Of a stretch of 64,000 bases of DNA, positions 13,392 through 28,267 are shown one piece after another. The translations under genes and the position numbers were made by a program. The notes under the pieces are model-generated. The model was not told where the DNA came from. It saw nothing but the letters and a program-made list of their open reading frames with translations, and searched no databases. The DNA comes from Podarcis erhardii (lineage: Eukaryota): assembly GCA_964252035.1 (NCBI GenBank), contig OZ176204.1; one strand, 5' to 3'. Every line of letters starts with the position of its first letter. Position 1 is the stretch's first letter.

Positions 13392-15508
13392 TCAGGATTT
13401 TCTGTCCCCCAACCCCGACTTTGCCCTGAAGGGACGAGTCTTCTTCATACCCCAATACAATTGGTAGTTGGAAAATGTGCTGAAACCAGCATGTAATTTC
13501 TCATCTAACTGCAGTGCTGAAGTCAATCACAGCAGATGCAGCCTGCCTGTCCTGCTGATGGGCATTTCATTACAATCCATTGGACACGGCAGTGGAAAAA
13601 TCAGGAGAGTCCAGCAAAGGCAATGCATAGAGCTTCGAAATCTCAGAAATATGCAACATGTTCAGCAGAGCATTGACGGCTTGCTCCCAGAAGCACAAAG
13701 CTCGCTGGGAGTCTTTGCCCTTTCAGGTAGCCTAACTGAATGGGTGGGAATGGTCCCCATACAAGAGGAAATCTTGGTGGGCTGCACCCTGTGTTAACAC
13801 ATTCACATCCCAGAGCCTGCCCCTAACAACTTTTTAAATATGTAGTGACCATAGATTAAGCAATATACCATAATCAAGACAAGCTAGATGAAACTATGGG
13901 TCAAGGAGAGGGAGAAAATGAAAAATCCTAATTAATGATCAGTGAAGATACGCCTCTCCAGGGGTTTTGTCCAATGTTACTTCTACTCAGAGTAGACCTA
14001 CTGAAATTACATTCATTTCAACAGGCTTGAGTTGAACTTAAGTCGTACTCTAGTATTTATTGTTCACACACACACAAACCCATCTGAAGTTGGGTTGCCT
14101 GGCTTCCTTTTTGAAATTCTAGCGGAGAATTCTGCCCCAAAACATCCATGGGATGCTAAAGAAAACAAGAAATGAGAAGTGAAGCCCACTCAGTTCTTAC
14201 TGGACCCCACTCAGGGAAAACAGAAGTGATCCCCAAGGAAATGAGAGCACGCAACAAACAGATTTCATAATATTTGCTATGTGAAGCATTAGTGATAACT
14301 GGAGAGCCAAGATGCCCAAAGACACATTGACAAACAAATTTGCCTGCAATAATTACTGTGCAATAAATGGAATGCATTTTATGACAAATATTGAGATTCA
14401 TTAAAGATTTCACATGTCATTGATTAAAAACAGGCATCCAAAAAGTAAGATAGCATATCTAGGATGAAACTTGCATCTTCAACTACTGCGGCAGCTACTT
14501 GTTATCCACACTGCTGTTATCTATATAGCCCTATTCAGGCATTATTCTCTCATATGATTAATATCAAGTGAGGAGCCTGCAGCTGTTGGCCCCAACCCTG
14601 CTGTCACATCCCTTCACCCTTGTTGCCCAGGGGAAGGAATGGAGAGGGGAGACTGAGCCAGGCATATTTAAAATCCTGGGCAGTGATGGCTGATGCAGAT
14701 TGGGACTGGTAAGGCAGAAAAAGCAGGGAGACGTGCAGTAGGCACAGCCAGAACTAATGAAAGGCAGAGCCAACTAAGTTTATTTTTGTTCCCATCCTCA
14801 TCCCTGTTGATTTCTACAAGGAGGCCATGGAGAGGGAGAAGGAGGAGGAAGAAGTGCCACGCCATGGACTGGCTGTATATGGGGCAGCTCAGTTGGAAAG
14901 CTCAACCCCAAGTTGATTACAGAAACTGAAGAAACTAAAACTAGTTTCTTATAACAATGGAAAAGATCCACTGTCACATAATCTCTAGGACAATCTCTTC
15001 AGAAATGCCAATTCTGTCCCTTCGCCCTTTTCTACCCGCCTTCTCCTTTTGCTCTCCTATCTATGATTGCTCTCATTAGTCTCCTTCGACCCACACCTGT
15101 GCTAAGGAGGACGTGAGGCCAGCAGCAGAAATGCTGTTTCTCAGCAGATTTCATCACGACGAAAAGCAAAACCCTGCAGTGCCAGCCATGACCTAGCCCC
15201 CTTTGGTTTCTTCATCTTCAGTGGAGGAAAGCAGGCCAATTTCTTCCATGAGCTTAATAACCTGAAGAAGGGCTCCCTTGGTTGGCAACTTGCTGATTAG
15301 CATAATGGAAACTCCAGAGCTGCCAAGAGCATCAATACTCATGCTTAAAAGCACAGCCGCTGAAGAAAAATAACCCGTCTCACAGGCACATTGGTGGTTT
15401 TATCTGTGTCCCGTTTTCAGGGTCAATGAGCTAATTCATTTGCAATTCCTCTCCTGCTGCGTCCTCCAGGTAAGCCACTCAGTATCGCAGGGTTTCTAAC
15501 TTTTATTG

Positions 15509-15640
15509 TAGGGTTGGGAAATCTTTGGTCCTCCAAATGTTCGTAGGACTACAACTCCCATGACCACTGGCCATGCTGACTGGAGATCATGGGAGTTGTA
15601 GTCCACCAATATCTGGCGGGCCAAAGGTTAGCCATTCCTG
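15509..15640. mobile_element. Short palindromic MITE-like repeat (ggactacaactcccat..atgggagttgtagtcc family)
   Basis: Internal inverted repeat seen directly. Related copies at ~21277-21400, ~25627-25740, ~32427-32500 and ~58030-58175. Confidence 0.8.
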
Positions 15641-18319
15641 CTTGTTTGTTTACATCTGGTCTAGATTCACATTCACTGGAATCATATATGTACCGAGACC
15701 AGACATGTACCATCGACAAAATTATACAACCATTGCCAACTGAAGATATAGAGTTTGGTCTCATCTACATATAGATGGAGCCTCACTCAAATTGCAACAA
15801 AACATGCAGAGTGAGCATACTGAATTGCAACCTCCTTTTAAAATGTTTAATAGCACTTGTACCTTTCTCAGCAAAAGCAATTAAACACAGACACATGAAA
15901 AAAACTGAACGTCATGCTTTACCACCACAGCCACCCAACCCTTTGGTCAGTTTCAAAACCAAAGCAGTTGTATAACCAGCATGTGTGACCCCGGGGGTCT
16001 GTGCCCCTCTTTTACACCCACAAATGTGCCACCATTACATCACAGTCTTGTTTAAAGGTAAAACAAGATGCAACCTCTATGGCACACCTTTTCTACTTTG
16101 TACAGGAAAGAGATGGAGGGACACAAAACTCTGGAGGTTGCAGCTTCTTCTTCAACATGTACTGCACACTTAACACACTACTTTCTCAAACATCTTTAGG
16201 CGCAGTAACAGCTGGGCACGTTTCTGCGTATTTCAAAGACAAGGCAAGATGCAGCCCTGATAAAAAAACCAACTTTACACGGTCCTTTGCACATTGTTGT
16301 GACTCAGAAAATGGCAAGCCGGTGGCACTTCTGTTGGGAGCTATGAAAGGAAAAGCAACTTGGTGGCAGATCACACCCTTTGTGTACTAAAGGTCTAAGG
16401 TTCAATCCCTGTTATCTTCTAGCTGCGAAAAGGACTGCGCAGCAAATGATGGGAAAGATTTCTGCAAGCAAGTTGCAACTCTGCATGGGAAAATTAAACT
16501 AGATGCATTGCCGCTTGCCTGGGCATGGCCCACAGCCAATGCCCAGTCAGGTGGCAAGGTACTGCCCCTCCAGTGGGGCCTCTGATTGGCCCATTTAATT
16601 TTGACTTTCTGGTGGGGAATCCCACCCCATATTTCTGCTCCCCAAATGGCTGGCAAACATGTAGGCTTCTGCTGGTGGGGACGGTGGAGAGGGCCAAGGT
16701 CAGCAACCGGGGCCCACCTGAGAAGGGTGAGCAGCCATTCTGGGATAAAAACAGCTTCCTATGGTTTTTATTCCCTACATAAAAAGCAATAAAACCCAAG
16801 AGGCATTCATAACTGTGCTTTACTTGCTGCACTGTGATCTGTTTGTTTTTGACCTTCAGAGAAATAAGAGTATTCCTGCTTTAAATCTTCCACCCCTTAG
16901 GCCCCTTTATGTACAATCGCAGACGAAGAAGAAACTCCATTGGGTGCTCCTTGCATTTTACAGGCTCTGTAGCATGCACTGATGTATTTGTGAATGCTCA
17001 GGAGTGGGCAGGGTGTATGACAAAACATATTCTGTGAAGGAGGAAAGGGGGGGGGCTTAATTTCCAAGCAATTTCTGCAGAAATTCTAGCTCAATTGGGC
17101 TAAACAATTCTGAATCAGTCTTTTGCCAAGTGAACAGCAGGGAAACCTCATTATGTGTAACCAACGCTCACATGGAGACACATGGTAAATTATGCTGCAT
17201 CACTCGAGGTTTCAAGGCGAAAACAAGTATAGATACGTCAAGAGGAAACGCCAAGTCCATTTACAGCTTGCCAGCGTTTTAAGCTATTAAAAATTATAAA
17301 ACATGCACACTTGACCTATCTGAAAACATGTCTTTCTTTCCAATGCTCCCTTAGGCACAAACCACACTTGGGTAGATGCAAGGCATTTGACTTTATAATG
17401 AACTGTAATTCAAGCTAATGGATGCACCGGATGAAGGCAATTCAGCCCTAGAAAGAGGGCTCCGCAATTGCCTATTGTGACACAGAACATTTGTACGCAC
17501 CTTAAACACCCATGAATCATAATTAAATCAGGGCAGCCAAGTTGGTTTCTCCTCCCTACATTTATAAGGTAGTCAGAGCAGATTAATCCCAGGGTTTTTG
17601 CATATATTGCTACATAGTCCTGAGTGTTAGTCAGGTTTCACCTTCCCATTTAAGTTGATAAGGACATGCCAACAACAGACAGAAACAGTGAAGGTGTTGG
17701 TGTTCTTTATGCTCCGATCCTCTTTTCCAAAGTGCCTCTGGAGTAATGAACAAAAACAGTTTGTTACTGTCCTGAAGCCTAATGAATCTAAGACCCAAGA
17801 TGACACCAAACAGATGGGGCAAGCACACCTCTGCATAATGTTGTTGATGATCTTCTATTCACAGATAATCACTTTGCCAGAGACTTGTGACCACACCTCT
17901 TGAGATGGCTTTCAAGCTCCACATTTTGCAAGTATCCTCTGTACCAGTCTAGGACATGCGTTTTGTGTTATTGACATGTTATTTAAAGCAGCCCACATGC
18001 ATACCAGTCAATTTGTGATCTAGCGTCAGGAAATAATAAATTAACTGGCACATTTTGGCCAGGATCTAAAGAGCGATGGGCTTTTACTGCCATATAGGAC
18101 TGACCTTTTTCTTTGAGCAGCTGACTTCCATGTCATAAACTGTACTCAAAACTCCTCAGTTTCGAAGGGGTTTGTCATGTAGAATAAATAAGGCAGAAAA
18201 ACAAGCCTGAACCCTGCTGGGGTCATAGAATGAAACTCGTGGTTTGGGGGAGCCTATCAAATCTACAATATAGCTCAATCTATAAAATGCAATGTGCATT
18301 TATACCCATGTACACAACA

Positions 18320-18545
18320 GTGCTAGTGCGGTGTAGTAGCTAAGAGTGCCAGACTAGGGGCAGGAAGAAGATCAAGGTTCAAATTCCACTTAGCCATGAG
18401 GCTCACTAGGTGACCCTGGACCAGCCACTCACTCTCAGCCTATTCCACAAGGCAGTTGCTAGCCTAAAATTGGTGAAGGGCAATTGGCGATTATACTGCC
18501 TTTACCTCTTTAAAGGAAAGGTAGGATATAAATGGAGTAAATAAA
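18320..18545 (+). mobile_element. tRNA-derived CORE-type SINE (MIR-like)
   Basis: A-box-like tgtagtagctaagag, B-box ggttcaaattcc, core ctaggtgaccctggaccagccactcactctcagcct, tail aaggtaggatataaat. Confidence 0.7.
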
Positions 18546-18618
18546 CAAGCAGGCCTTATCCATCACCTAAAGCACTTTGCAATCCTTCCTCGGCTATTGT
18601 AAACTTTTCCTTTGAAAC

Positions 18619-19057
18619 TAGGGCTGGGCGATATTTGGTTTTCAACATCGTGATATATCAGCAGCTAAATACAGTGATATGCTGCTATATCACAACTTCT
18701 GACTGGAATGTATCTTGGCTGCTGCTTCTTCCCCCTGTTAGGAGAGGAAGAAGCAGTCAAGCTGCATCACCCAACCCTACAAAGCCCTAATACACACAAG
18801 CTGGAGGGACAGTGGGGCGTCGTTCAACTGCTCAGCTGGGGGGTGGGAAACCTTCTGCCCCTCATCTGAGCAGCTCCCATACCCTTCTGGCTCATGCAAG
18901 CTGGAGGGGCATGGGGCTTCCTCACAGGTGCAGGCAGGCATCTGCAGGCAATTTGAACTTGTACAATTTATAGCCAGCTAAAATGATCTGAAACCGGTAT
19001 CGCGATCGGAATGTCATACTGGTTTCAGATAATTTATCAATATATCGCCCAGCTCTA
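18619..19057. mobile_element. Probable hAT-type MITE
   Basis: 16-bp TIR tagggctgggcgatat / atatcgcccagctcta (1 mismatch). The 8-bp flanks tttgaaac / tttagcac are only partly alike. Confidence 0.75.
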
Positions 19058-20267
19058 TTTAGCACAGCATTTTGTTCTGCCTGCATAACTACAAACAAAA
19101 AGCAGCATAAGTGGGCTTTTCCTCTTGGCCTGGGGGGTCAGCCTTGCTCCTCTTGATCCTCCCTCCCTCGTCCTTTCCTACACTCCTCCAAAGTGATTTA
19201 AATTCACACTCCTGCAGAGTTAGAACCAGGTCAGCAGCAAATAGAAAAACCGTATGTGCTCTGGCTACTACAGATTTTGCAGAAGGTTAATAAAAATTAC
19301 AAGAGAGTCCTGCAAAGTGGGTCACTGTGTTCGCTGAACGCTCTTGCTAGGCTGCCCTGGGAAGAGCTATTAAGCTTTTGTTCACATGAAGGCTTTTATA
19401 ATTAATTAAAAGCTAACATGTTTTCAACTAACCCATGCTAATGAGTTTTCTTTGAGATGTTCAAACAGAAGCCAGCATTCCAGGTGAGCCAATCTGGGGC
19501 ACGTCCTCAAAGGCATTAACAAGCATGGAGCTTGCTGTTCGCTAGGCCAAGGGTTCGCAGTTTACAGCTTTCCTTTGCTTGTGGCAAAGGCAGCATCAGC
19601 ATTGATATGGCTACAGTAACTGCAGAACATTTTCAAATCTGCCGACTGCAAAACGCCAAAGCAGGAGACTTGGGGCTAAACTGGGCACGTGCAATTTTGC
19701 CTACAAAGAGATTCTGGTACCATCTATCACACAATGATCTAAGGACCTACCTGCGGCTACATTGACCATATTTCATGTAGAAATCAATTTTGCCTGGATA
19801 CCTATTTGGACATTTGGAGGGCTTATATGAACATATGCTTAACTTAAGATGTACGGATGGTTATTGCATCCTTAACGTGAGCTGGTGGCAGTAACTTCTG
19901 ATCTATCTAGGCATTTCTTGCGGAGCTTGTAAAAAAAGAAAAGATGGCCAGGATCTGTTGGAAAGGATCTAGATACCTTAGGTTTAGCAAAATTATCCTA
20001 GCTGCAAATGAGCACAGGTGTTGCAAGGGTTGCAGAGGACCGAAACTGATATTGTATATTACCAGACCCTCAAAGTGTCCCTCTTTTCCAGGGACGTCCC
20101 TGATTTAGAGAAGCCATCCCGGTTTCTGATTTGATATCGGAATGTCCCATTTTTCCTTATAATGTCCCCATTTTCATTGGAGAAAAATTGGAGGGTATGG
20201 AGTCATCCAACCCCCGAGCCATCTGAAGGCAATCCTGTATAGGGAAGTTTAAAAAAAAGAAAAAAGG

Positions 20268-20336
20268 TTGATGTTTTAATATATGTTGGAAGCTGCCCAG
20301 AGTGGCTGGGGCAACCCAGCAAGATGTGTGGGGTAT
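20268..20336 (+). mobile_element. L2-family 3' tail fragment
   Basis: tgttggaagctgcccagagtggctggggcaacccagcaagatg matches the same tail. Confidence 0.8.
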
Positions 20337-21276
20337 CCAATCCTCAGCTAATTAAGTTTGTTCCATTATGAGGGTGGGGAGGTGTAGCGGAGAGAGATGG
20401 AAATCAGAAACCATCTGCAATAGCACCCCGAGAACACCCAGGGCCTGAGGAATTATGAAGGATGTTTTAGTAGGCCCAGTTTTCTGCTGGTCAAAAAACA
20501 AACACATTCTAAGGTCTCTAGTGGACAAACAAAACCAGCAACAAAATTTAATGTTGAAATAAAGAGTGGAGGCAGCAGCCCTTGGAGCATTTCCATGTTA
20601 TTGCTTTTGAAGCAAAACCCTTTCTAGTTATGTCCAGGGTGATATATTCTGGATCATTTTTCTTTACAGACAGACACACACCCAAAGGGAGGAGGTGTGT
20701 GTTGAAACTGATTGAAATAACTCCAAAAAGCCTGAATGATGATTTCAGCCTACTCTAAAAAGAGGTTAATGAATCTCCTGGCCACAAAAAGCTATTTGGG
20801 TGGTTAAAAGGGACATTTGTATAACAGAAAACAATCAGTTACCCAATGCATTTCGTGCAGTTCTGTATAACATTTATGAATGCTTGAACAGAATTTCATT
20901 TCCTCTCCCACGTCCCCTGAGACTGCTCACTTTATTCAAACATTTTACAAAGCATGACTTGCATACAGAGGGAAGAGATTAGCCCAGATATTCTGGGTGC
21001 AAACATCTTTAATCAAATATTCTGTCTGAACTCTTATTATCAAGTAAGATACAAAACAAAACTCAACTAAGCCAGTGGCGGTGGGACATATCAGTGCCTA
21101 CAATACCTGAGAAGGGCCTCAACAAAAGTATGTTCAGACTTCATTCAGAAACAGATTATACTTCAAACAACCCAAAGATCAACAGAGTGAAAATTCAGAT
21201 GTTAAACTGTATACTTCTGTCAACATATGTGATATAATATACCACATTAAAATCACTTTTGGATAACTTTAGGACA

Positions 21277-21400
21277 GGAGTTAGGTGAACTGTAGGCCTT
21301 CAGATGTTGTTGGATTCCCATGAGCCCAGCCAGCTTAGCTAATGGTGAGGAATGATGGGAGTTGTAGGCCAACAACATTTGGAGGAGCACAGCTTTCCCA
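21277..21400. mobile_element. Second copy of the short palindromic MITE-like family
   Basis: gccttcagatgttgttgga..cccat ... atgggagttgtaggccaacaacatttggagg. Confidence 0.7.
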
Positions 21401-23075
21401 CTCCCACTTTAGCTCTTCTCCATCACCAGACATAGGATGGTTCATAAAACTTAGAGGAGTCAACTACCTCAGCTCAGCAGCACTTCAGCCCAAGAAGTCC
21501 TGGAGGACAGAACAATGGCTCTTGCTATATAATATACATTTTTCTTTGACCCATTGCTTGCTGCTTATTACCCAGTGTAGTTGCCTGAGTTAAGACACCA
21601 ACTTAGTGAAAAGCAAGTGCAAACTTATCTCTAATTTGGTCGTCCTTCATAGCCTCTCCCCCATTAATATGATCGGCTCCGTACTCTGCCTGAGGAGCCA
21701 AGCTTGAGTTGCTGAACTGGAGCATCATCATTAGGGCTGCTCTGCCAATATTCAGGGAGTACAATTATATAGGACAAGAGTTTTGGAAGGGCACAGAGGG
21801 AGAACCCAATGGGCCACATCCTAAGACATCAAAGTGCCACGGCTGCCTCAGTGCTCGTGCAATGCTGAGACAGCAAAACACTTCTATTCAGAGGTCAGGA
21901 GAACTTTTAGGACTCTGAACCATTCTTTCCCAATTCCCAAGGACAGAAGATCACTTGGGCTACCATGACTTGCCCACATTTGTGCCATGCAATGTTACGT
22001 TAACTCAATACCGTACAATCAAATTGTACATTATTTGGTACAGAAGAATGAAAGCATAAAATTTCAGTAATTATTACCCACACTTGTTCTGCTGTGGTTT
22101 CATTTTCCCTCCTCAAATGTTGTATATGCTGCCTGATTTATCCTTGCCTTTAGCCAATGTGAGCCTATTTGCTTTTCACGGTCATGGTTTTTATAGCTTT
22201 AATTAGAACTCTTACCTTAGTCAATTATAACTGCCTGTCTTCCTAATCCAACAACAGAGTATTACCTTTGCTTGCTTTTGATATTTATTAATTGATGCAC
22301 TTCTACGCTTAGCTCTAAGGCTAAATCCTTCCAGCCTTTCCCAAGTTTCATTCAAATGCAGATATATATATTTTTTGCCCATTTTCTTACCCAGTCAATT
22401 TATGCTCTTCAAAAGATTTGTTATTTTATTTTTTCCTGAACAGCAATAATGAATCCCTCAGCAATTTCATTCTTCTCTTTGTGCATGCTCACTAAATCAT
22501 GCAACGTTCTTGATGGCAAATATAACATTCAAGGGAGCCCTGAGACAGACAGATGGGCTTTCAGGATTTATGAAACAAAATCAAGTTTCTCTAGAGGAAG
22601 TTCCCTCATAAAACAAACATGTTCACATTCAAGGTTTCCTAAGTACAGCATCGATCTTTTAATATCAAAGCCAGCTTGAATCTTAAGCTATTTCTAAAGC
22701 CTGTATTTTTAGAACTTACCTTCCATCACTGACTAAAACATTTGTCAACATGTGTAGCAGCTTATTTTACATCAGCAAGAGCTGAGAATCGACACACACT
22801 GCCTTCAAATTCTTATTGTCTCTTTGAAGCTAGTGCTTCAAATCCACTGTATGCACAGTTCTCCACATATCAAAGGGCCCTAGAAGATTCTAGTTAGATC
22901 TTGTGCTTTTATCATCAAAAACTGCAAAATGTAAAAGCTGCTGATCACAATAAGGTTTTATCTATCAGGGTCAGGGAGTAGTAGTGCAATGCCCTGGGAA
23001 TGAATTGGAAATGCTATTACTTTCTCCAGCCCAGTAACATATAGTCATCCTTCCTGTGTGACATTTTCAGATCTA

Positions 23076-23275
23076 CTGTATTTTTCGCTCCATAGGGCGC
23101 ACCGGACTATAGGGCGCACCTAGTTTTTATGGGGGGAAATAAACAGGAACTCCCGCTGCGCTCCGAAGGCTTGCGGATAGCTGCCTGAAGCCTGCATCCA
23201 CTCCATAGGACGCACACACATTTCCCCTTCATTTTTGGAGGGGGGGAAGTGCGTCCTATAGAGCGAAAAATACGG
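23076..23275. mobile_element. Tc1/mariner-superfamily MITE (CCGTATTTTTCGC-type TIR)
   Basis: ta|ctgtatttttcgctccatagggcgcac ... gtgcgtcctatagagcgaaaaatacgg|ta; ~27-bp TIRs with TA duplication. Confidence 0.9.
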
Positions 23276-24223
23276 TAGGTGTGGCTTACAGTACCATTCC
23301 CACCAGTGAGGCTTGCTTGTCACCTTGCAAGCAGAGAGACTAAGGAGGCAGAGAAACTGCTTTAGCCATGATTTGCAAACCTGCTCCAAACTATGGATTA
23401 ACATTCTGGTTTTCAGCCCATCCCTGATTATGGTTTAGGAATTCAAAATATTGCATAAAAAAACCTATTGTTAAGTAATGAATCTATATAGGTCCTAGAC
23501 AGCCTTGGGCAAATAATCCCTTCTTACACTAACAAAGATATTTGTTATGAGGATAAAAAGTCCTCATTAGATTCTTGGAGAAGGGTGAGATACAAAAGTG
23601 GTAAATAACTGAGTTTGACAGAGGATGCAGACTTTAGAATTTCTTCGGTAGCAACACTGTTTTTCTTGATGCTGCTTCAGGGGAGAAAAGAAATCTCTTA
23701 ATTTATAAAGAAAAATACACTCTGGCAGATGGCACACTTATCACTTTCAAATTGTGAGTCTTGGTGTAGCTCTTTGCAGAACTGGATGCCAGAGGTTAAA
23801 GAGTCAAAACAACATGGCCTGATTTGTCATGCTGCTGGACAGCCACATAGCTAAATGAGTTTGACAAACTTAACTTGCAATCAGAAAACCAGAAAGTTAA
23901 GCAGGATTTTCAAGTTTTTCAATGTGCTTAATTTGACAGTAATATTTAGATGTTTGTGGGACAGTTCGGGATTTTAAAATCAGCCCATCATACCATGAAT
24001 TTCTGCTCCGGACACACCCAAGTCTAAAAGAGAGAGAAAAGGGGGGGGGGGAGAACTGTCTAGCACTGAGTCGAATTTTTGTTCAATTTTGTGCAATTTC
24101 CATATCAAATGCTGCTCTTTTGAAAAAACAGGAACACCTTACGTTCACCCGATGCCAAAAATGGTTCCAGTAGTTTTGGCAGAGCCATAGCATGTGATTG
24201 TGCAAAGTTAACATAAATGTATT

Positions 24224-24419
24224 CCGCCCTGTGGAACGCCCTCCCATCAGATGTCAAGGAAATAAACAACTATTTGACTTTTAGAAGACATCTGAAGATA
24301 GAACTGTTTCGGGAAGTTTTTAATGTTTGATGTTTTGTTGCATCATCATCATCATCATTATTATGGAAGCCGACCAGAGTGGTTGGGGAAACCCAGCCAG
24401 ATGGGCAGGGTATAAATAA

Positions 24420-24473
<54 letters not shown>
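24224..24473 (+). mobile_element. Shorter 3' fragment of the same L2 family, ending in a long (TTA)n tract
   Basis: Colinear and highly similar to ~50020-50205. Confidence 0.88.
24422..24473. repeat. (TTA)n microsatellite (L2 tail)
   Basis: Seen directly. Confidence 0.98.
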
Positions 24474-27400
24474 CAGAAACTTACAGTTGATCTTTTTTCA
24501 AAAGACCTGAGGTAAATATAGCTTTGTCCTCCTCTTTTTCAACCATGGTAATTGACTCCAAGGAGGGGAACAAAATGAAGAATTCTTACCAGCAGAGATA
24601 ATTTTCAGTTTCCCAAGAAAAAAATTAATTAGCAAGAAGCTCCTTCAAGGTCACTGATTAGTATGTTAAACGCATTACTGACAAGGGTTTTGCCCATCAA
24701 TCTCTCCATATCGCCAGCATTCCTTGATTTCCCCCCGAAGCTTCAATCCAAACCTTACATTTTCCTCTCTAAAAGAACTGTGAGAACATGAGTTATGACT
24801 AGAATTGCATTAATGTTTTCCAGCAGACTTGTTAAATTGTCCTGTCAGCTCTTGATGGGTCATGACTATAATTCTATGTTCACTAGAGCTAAAGACAAAA
24901 GAGATCTCACTATGCGCTGCCTGTATCCTGCAATTGTGGCAAAAATATTCCTCCACAGGGTGCCGCCAGCCTCCCCCCAAGAAGAAAAGCATCAATCAAT
25001 GCCAATTATGAGAAGGGCTTCTCAAAAGAGCTAAGCACAACAAGATAGATGGCAACAATAATTGGTCTCCACTGAGTGCTGCATTTATGAACAGAGACAA
25101 CAGTGGGCTATGTTCTAGAATACATTTGTGCACACCGTGTGCAGTCGTGGACTCGGAGGAACCCTAATTTCAGTTATTCCCCCGCCAAATTCTGGTCAAG
25201 AGGGACAGAAACAGCAGGAATGTGACATTGAACCCAGGGTGCTTCTCCTTGTGGCTTGGAGTATAATGGCTGCACAGAGCCCAAACAGCTCCATAACTGA
25301 CTGAACTTAATTAGATATTGTGCTTCTGAATGCAGTCATCTTCCCAAGAGTCAAAGCTTTGCAGTGCTTTGGCCAGCTGGTTCTCATCACATATTTCTCT
25401 TCCTCAGACTTTGCTTACTGTCGGGTCAAATGACTGCTGGAGACTATTGCAGGGTCTGCTGGAAACTGAAGGACCTTCAAGGCTTCTCCTGACATATCCA
25501 TGTAGATCAACAATCCCACAAAGAACAGAGACACCTCCATTTGAAGGTCCTGGAGCTGGACTAGAAAAGGCTAAGAACTGAGACTTTCGAAAGCTACTGC
25601 TAGTTCTGGATTAGGTGGATCTAGTCCAGGCATGGGGAACAGCCACTACAATCCTATCCCCTCTGTCCAGAGGCCATGATGGCTGGGGCTGATGGGGGTT
25701 GGAGTAGCACAACATCCAGAGGGCTGCAGGTCCCACACCTCTAACCTAACCTGATTCAATACAATGCGCTTTCGTATAATTTGCCAGGGACAAAAAAACA
25801 GGAGCAGTGAACGTTGTGATTTCCAGGTTCCCCTTCCTTGAAATAGCAGCCTTCCCAGTTGGAACTATTTCTCAACTTCCACATAGGAGGCTGCACTTTA
25901 GCACAACGGAATCAAATCTCAGTGGGTCTTGGGTGCAATGAATCAATGCAGCATCATTAAAAACGCAAAGCATAATGCTGACACAGAATGGGAAACTGGC
26001 TGGATACCTGCTTTCCTCAGACTTGTGCACCATAGCATTTGTTCTCAAAACACAGAGACAGGAAATAGGGCAGAGTCACAATTTCCCATCACAGCCACGT
26101 TGGTTTATCATGCAATATATATTTTTTTTGGGGGGGGTTTGCTTACTAACAATGCTCATATTACAATTCTAACCCACAAAACATTTTTTTAAAGGGCTAA
26201 ATCAAGCTAGAGGAGTAGATCCCAGCAACCAACACTTGTTTTTTTTAATTTCTGAGGATCGTTCATCCACCTTGTTGGATGTTCTCTCAAATAAAGTGGA
26301 ATGCTTTTGGGGTGGATAGCTTAATGTAAGAAAAAGAGAAATAGACTGCAAGGCATAATTGAAAAAAAAATTTTGCTGGCAAGCTCAGCACCTGAGTTTC
26401 ATTCTGGACACCTGCTTCCATAGAAACCCCATGCTGCTTCTTGAACAAACAAAACAACAACAACAACAAAAACAGGGAAAATCTGTTCTGTATGGGTAGT
26501 TGGAAGGGAGAAAAAAAGCATATATGTTGGCAGCCTTCCCCCTTTATACAAACCCGTGCTTTTGCTGAAAGGAGGTGGGTGGTAGAATTTAACGAGCAAT
26601 TTGGTGGTTCTGCAATAGGAAAGAATCTCTCAAAATAATTTAGGTATGTTTCACCCTTCAACATGTGACCCTTCTATTCAGAACTGTAGGTCTTGGAAGA
26701 AAAGGTGGTTCCATAGATTTAGTACTGTATTTGCCAAACCCCATGGATGACCAAAAGTATTTTGATGGATAAAGTTCTCTGAATGGTTGCTATTCCGCTG
26801 ATAGAAATTATACCTTGAAGGTTTAAAAAACTAGACTCACACATCATCCCATTCCTACAGTCTTTCCCCCATCCATGGTGGGAGCAAATGTCAGCTATGG
26901 TTCAAGGACGGAAATGGGGAGCAGGCAATAGCACTTTATACTACTCCCTTCCCACCCACGCATTTCGATTTATAACATTTCTAAATCTTTACAAACAAAG
27001 TATGCTACCTTGGAGGCTGGGTGGGAAAATGATTTATATGGCACACATAGATTGTGTTTAATGATCAAATAAAAGGTACTGTTTCAATAATCAGAAAATC
27101 TATTTCTAATTGAGCACATTACTGGGGGGCGGGATATTAGCTTCTTTTGTTATTTAGGTATTTGTGTGAGAAACAGCAAGCATAGCCTTTCCTTAATTTA
27201 ATGGAACTCCAGACTTGTTTGGGAGATCCCATTTACAACCTTAGGTAAATGTACCATGTCATCAAACTGAGAAGATCTTGCCTGTATAATGATATTATTA
27301 ATCACCATCAGAGGTTAACTGTCCCGAATCCTGAATATCAAACATTATTATTGCCTTTGCAAAATTGCACCCAAATCCAACTTCCTTCTCCACAAGCTTC

Positions 27401-27545
27401 AGTTTTTCTATGTTACGCCCACATCCACTGACAATATGGAACACTCACACAGAATTGGGACAGTGTAAAATATTGATGTTTACATCAGCATGAAGTACGC
27501 AAATACTGTTGTTTTTTTATATTATTTATATCCACCCCATTTCTA

Positions 27546-27547
<2 letters not shown>

Positions 27548-27581
<34 letters not shown>
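27548..27581. repeat. (TC)n microsatellite
   Basis: Seen directly. Confidence 0.98.
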
Positions 27582-27584
<3 letters not shown>

Positions 27585-28267
27585 GTCTGAAAATCTTGTA
27601 GCAACTTTTGGAAAGTTTAGGACAATCCGCTGCAGCATAATTTAGCACAGAGAACAAAATTGTGCAGTGAAATTTAAGTTGATCTGCTGCAAATGAAATC
27701 ACTTATTCATGAACTGCGTTGCAGACATTGTCTGTATTTGCTATGCTAATATGTTCTGAATGGGAAATCGGGACGCTCTATGTTTTGTAACCAGTGCTGC
27801 GACAAAAATGGCACCTCCTCTGCAAATGGGAATCCAGAAAATCCAAGCGATGACCACACAGAGCACTGGGAGAGAAGCATGTGAGCACGGGACTCCCCAA
27901 GTCATAACATGCTCATAACCTCCAGGTATAGGGTGGTATATAAATTCAATAAATAAATAATAAAATAACCATATTGTCTCCCGGTCGTCTGGAGATGCCA
28001 AGGGTCAAGTTGGAGCCAAGCTGGTCACAAACATTTAAGAGGTTACAAATTACGGTGAGTGTCAAGACGCTTTGTCAAAACATTCCTAACATGGACTGCA
28101 ATATAACAAACTGTGCAAACATGCAGCTCACTACACAATTCATGTGGTACAGACCTTCCTAGAGTGTACCACTTAGACTGCAGTGCCTGTCTCCAACATC
28201 CTCTGTCCATGAACAAAGCACAGAGGGGGGAGTTTCAATTAATGCTGCACAACAGAGGAATCCAGTA

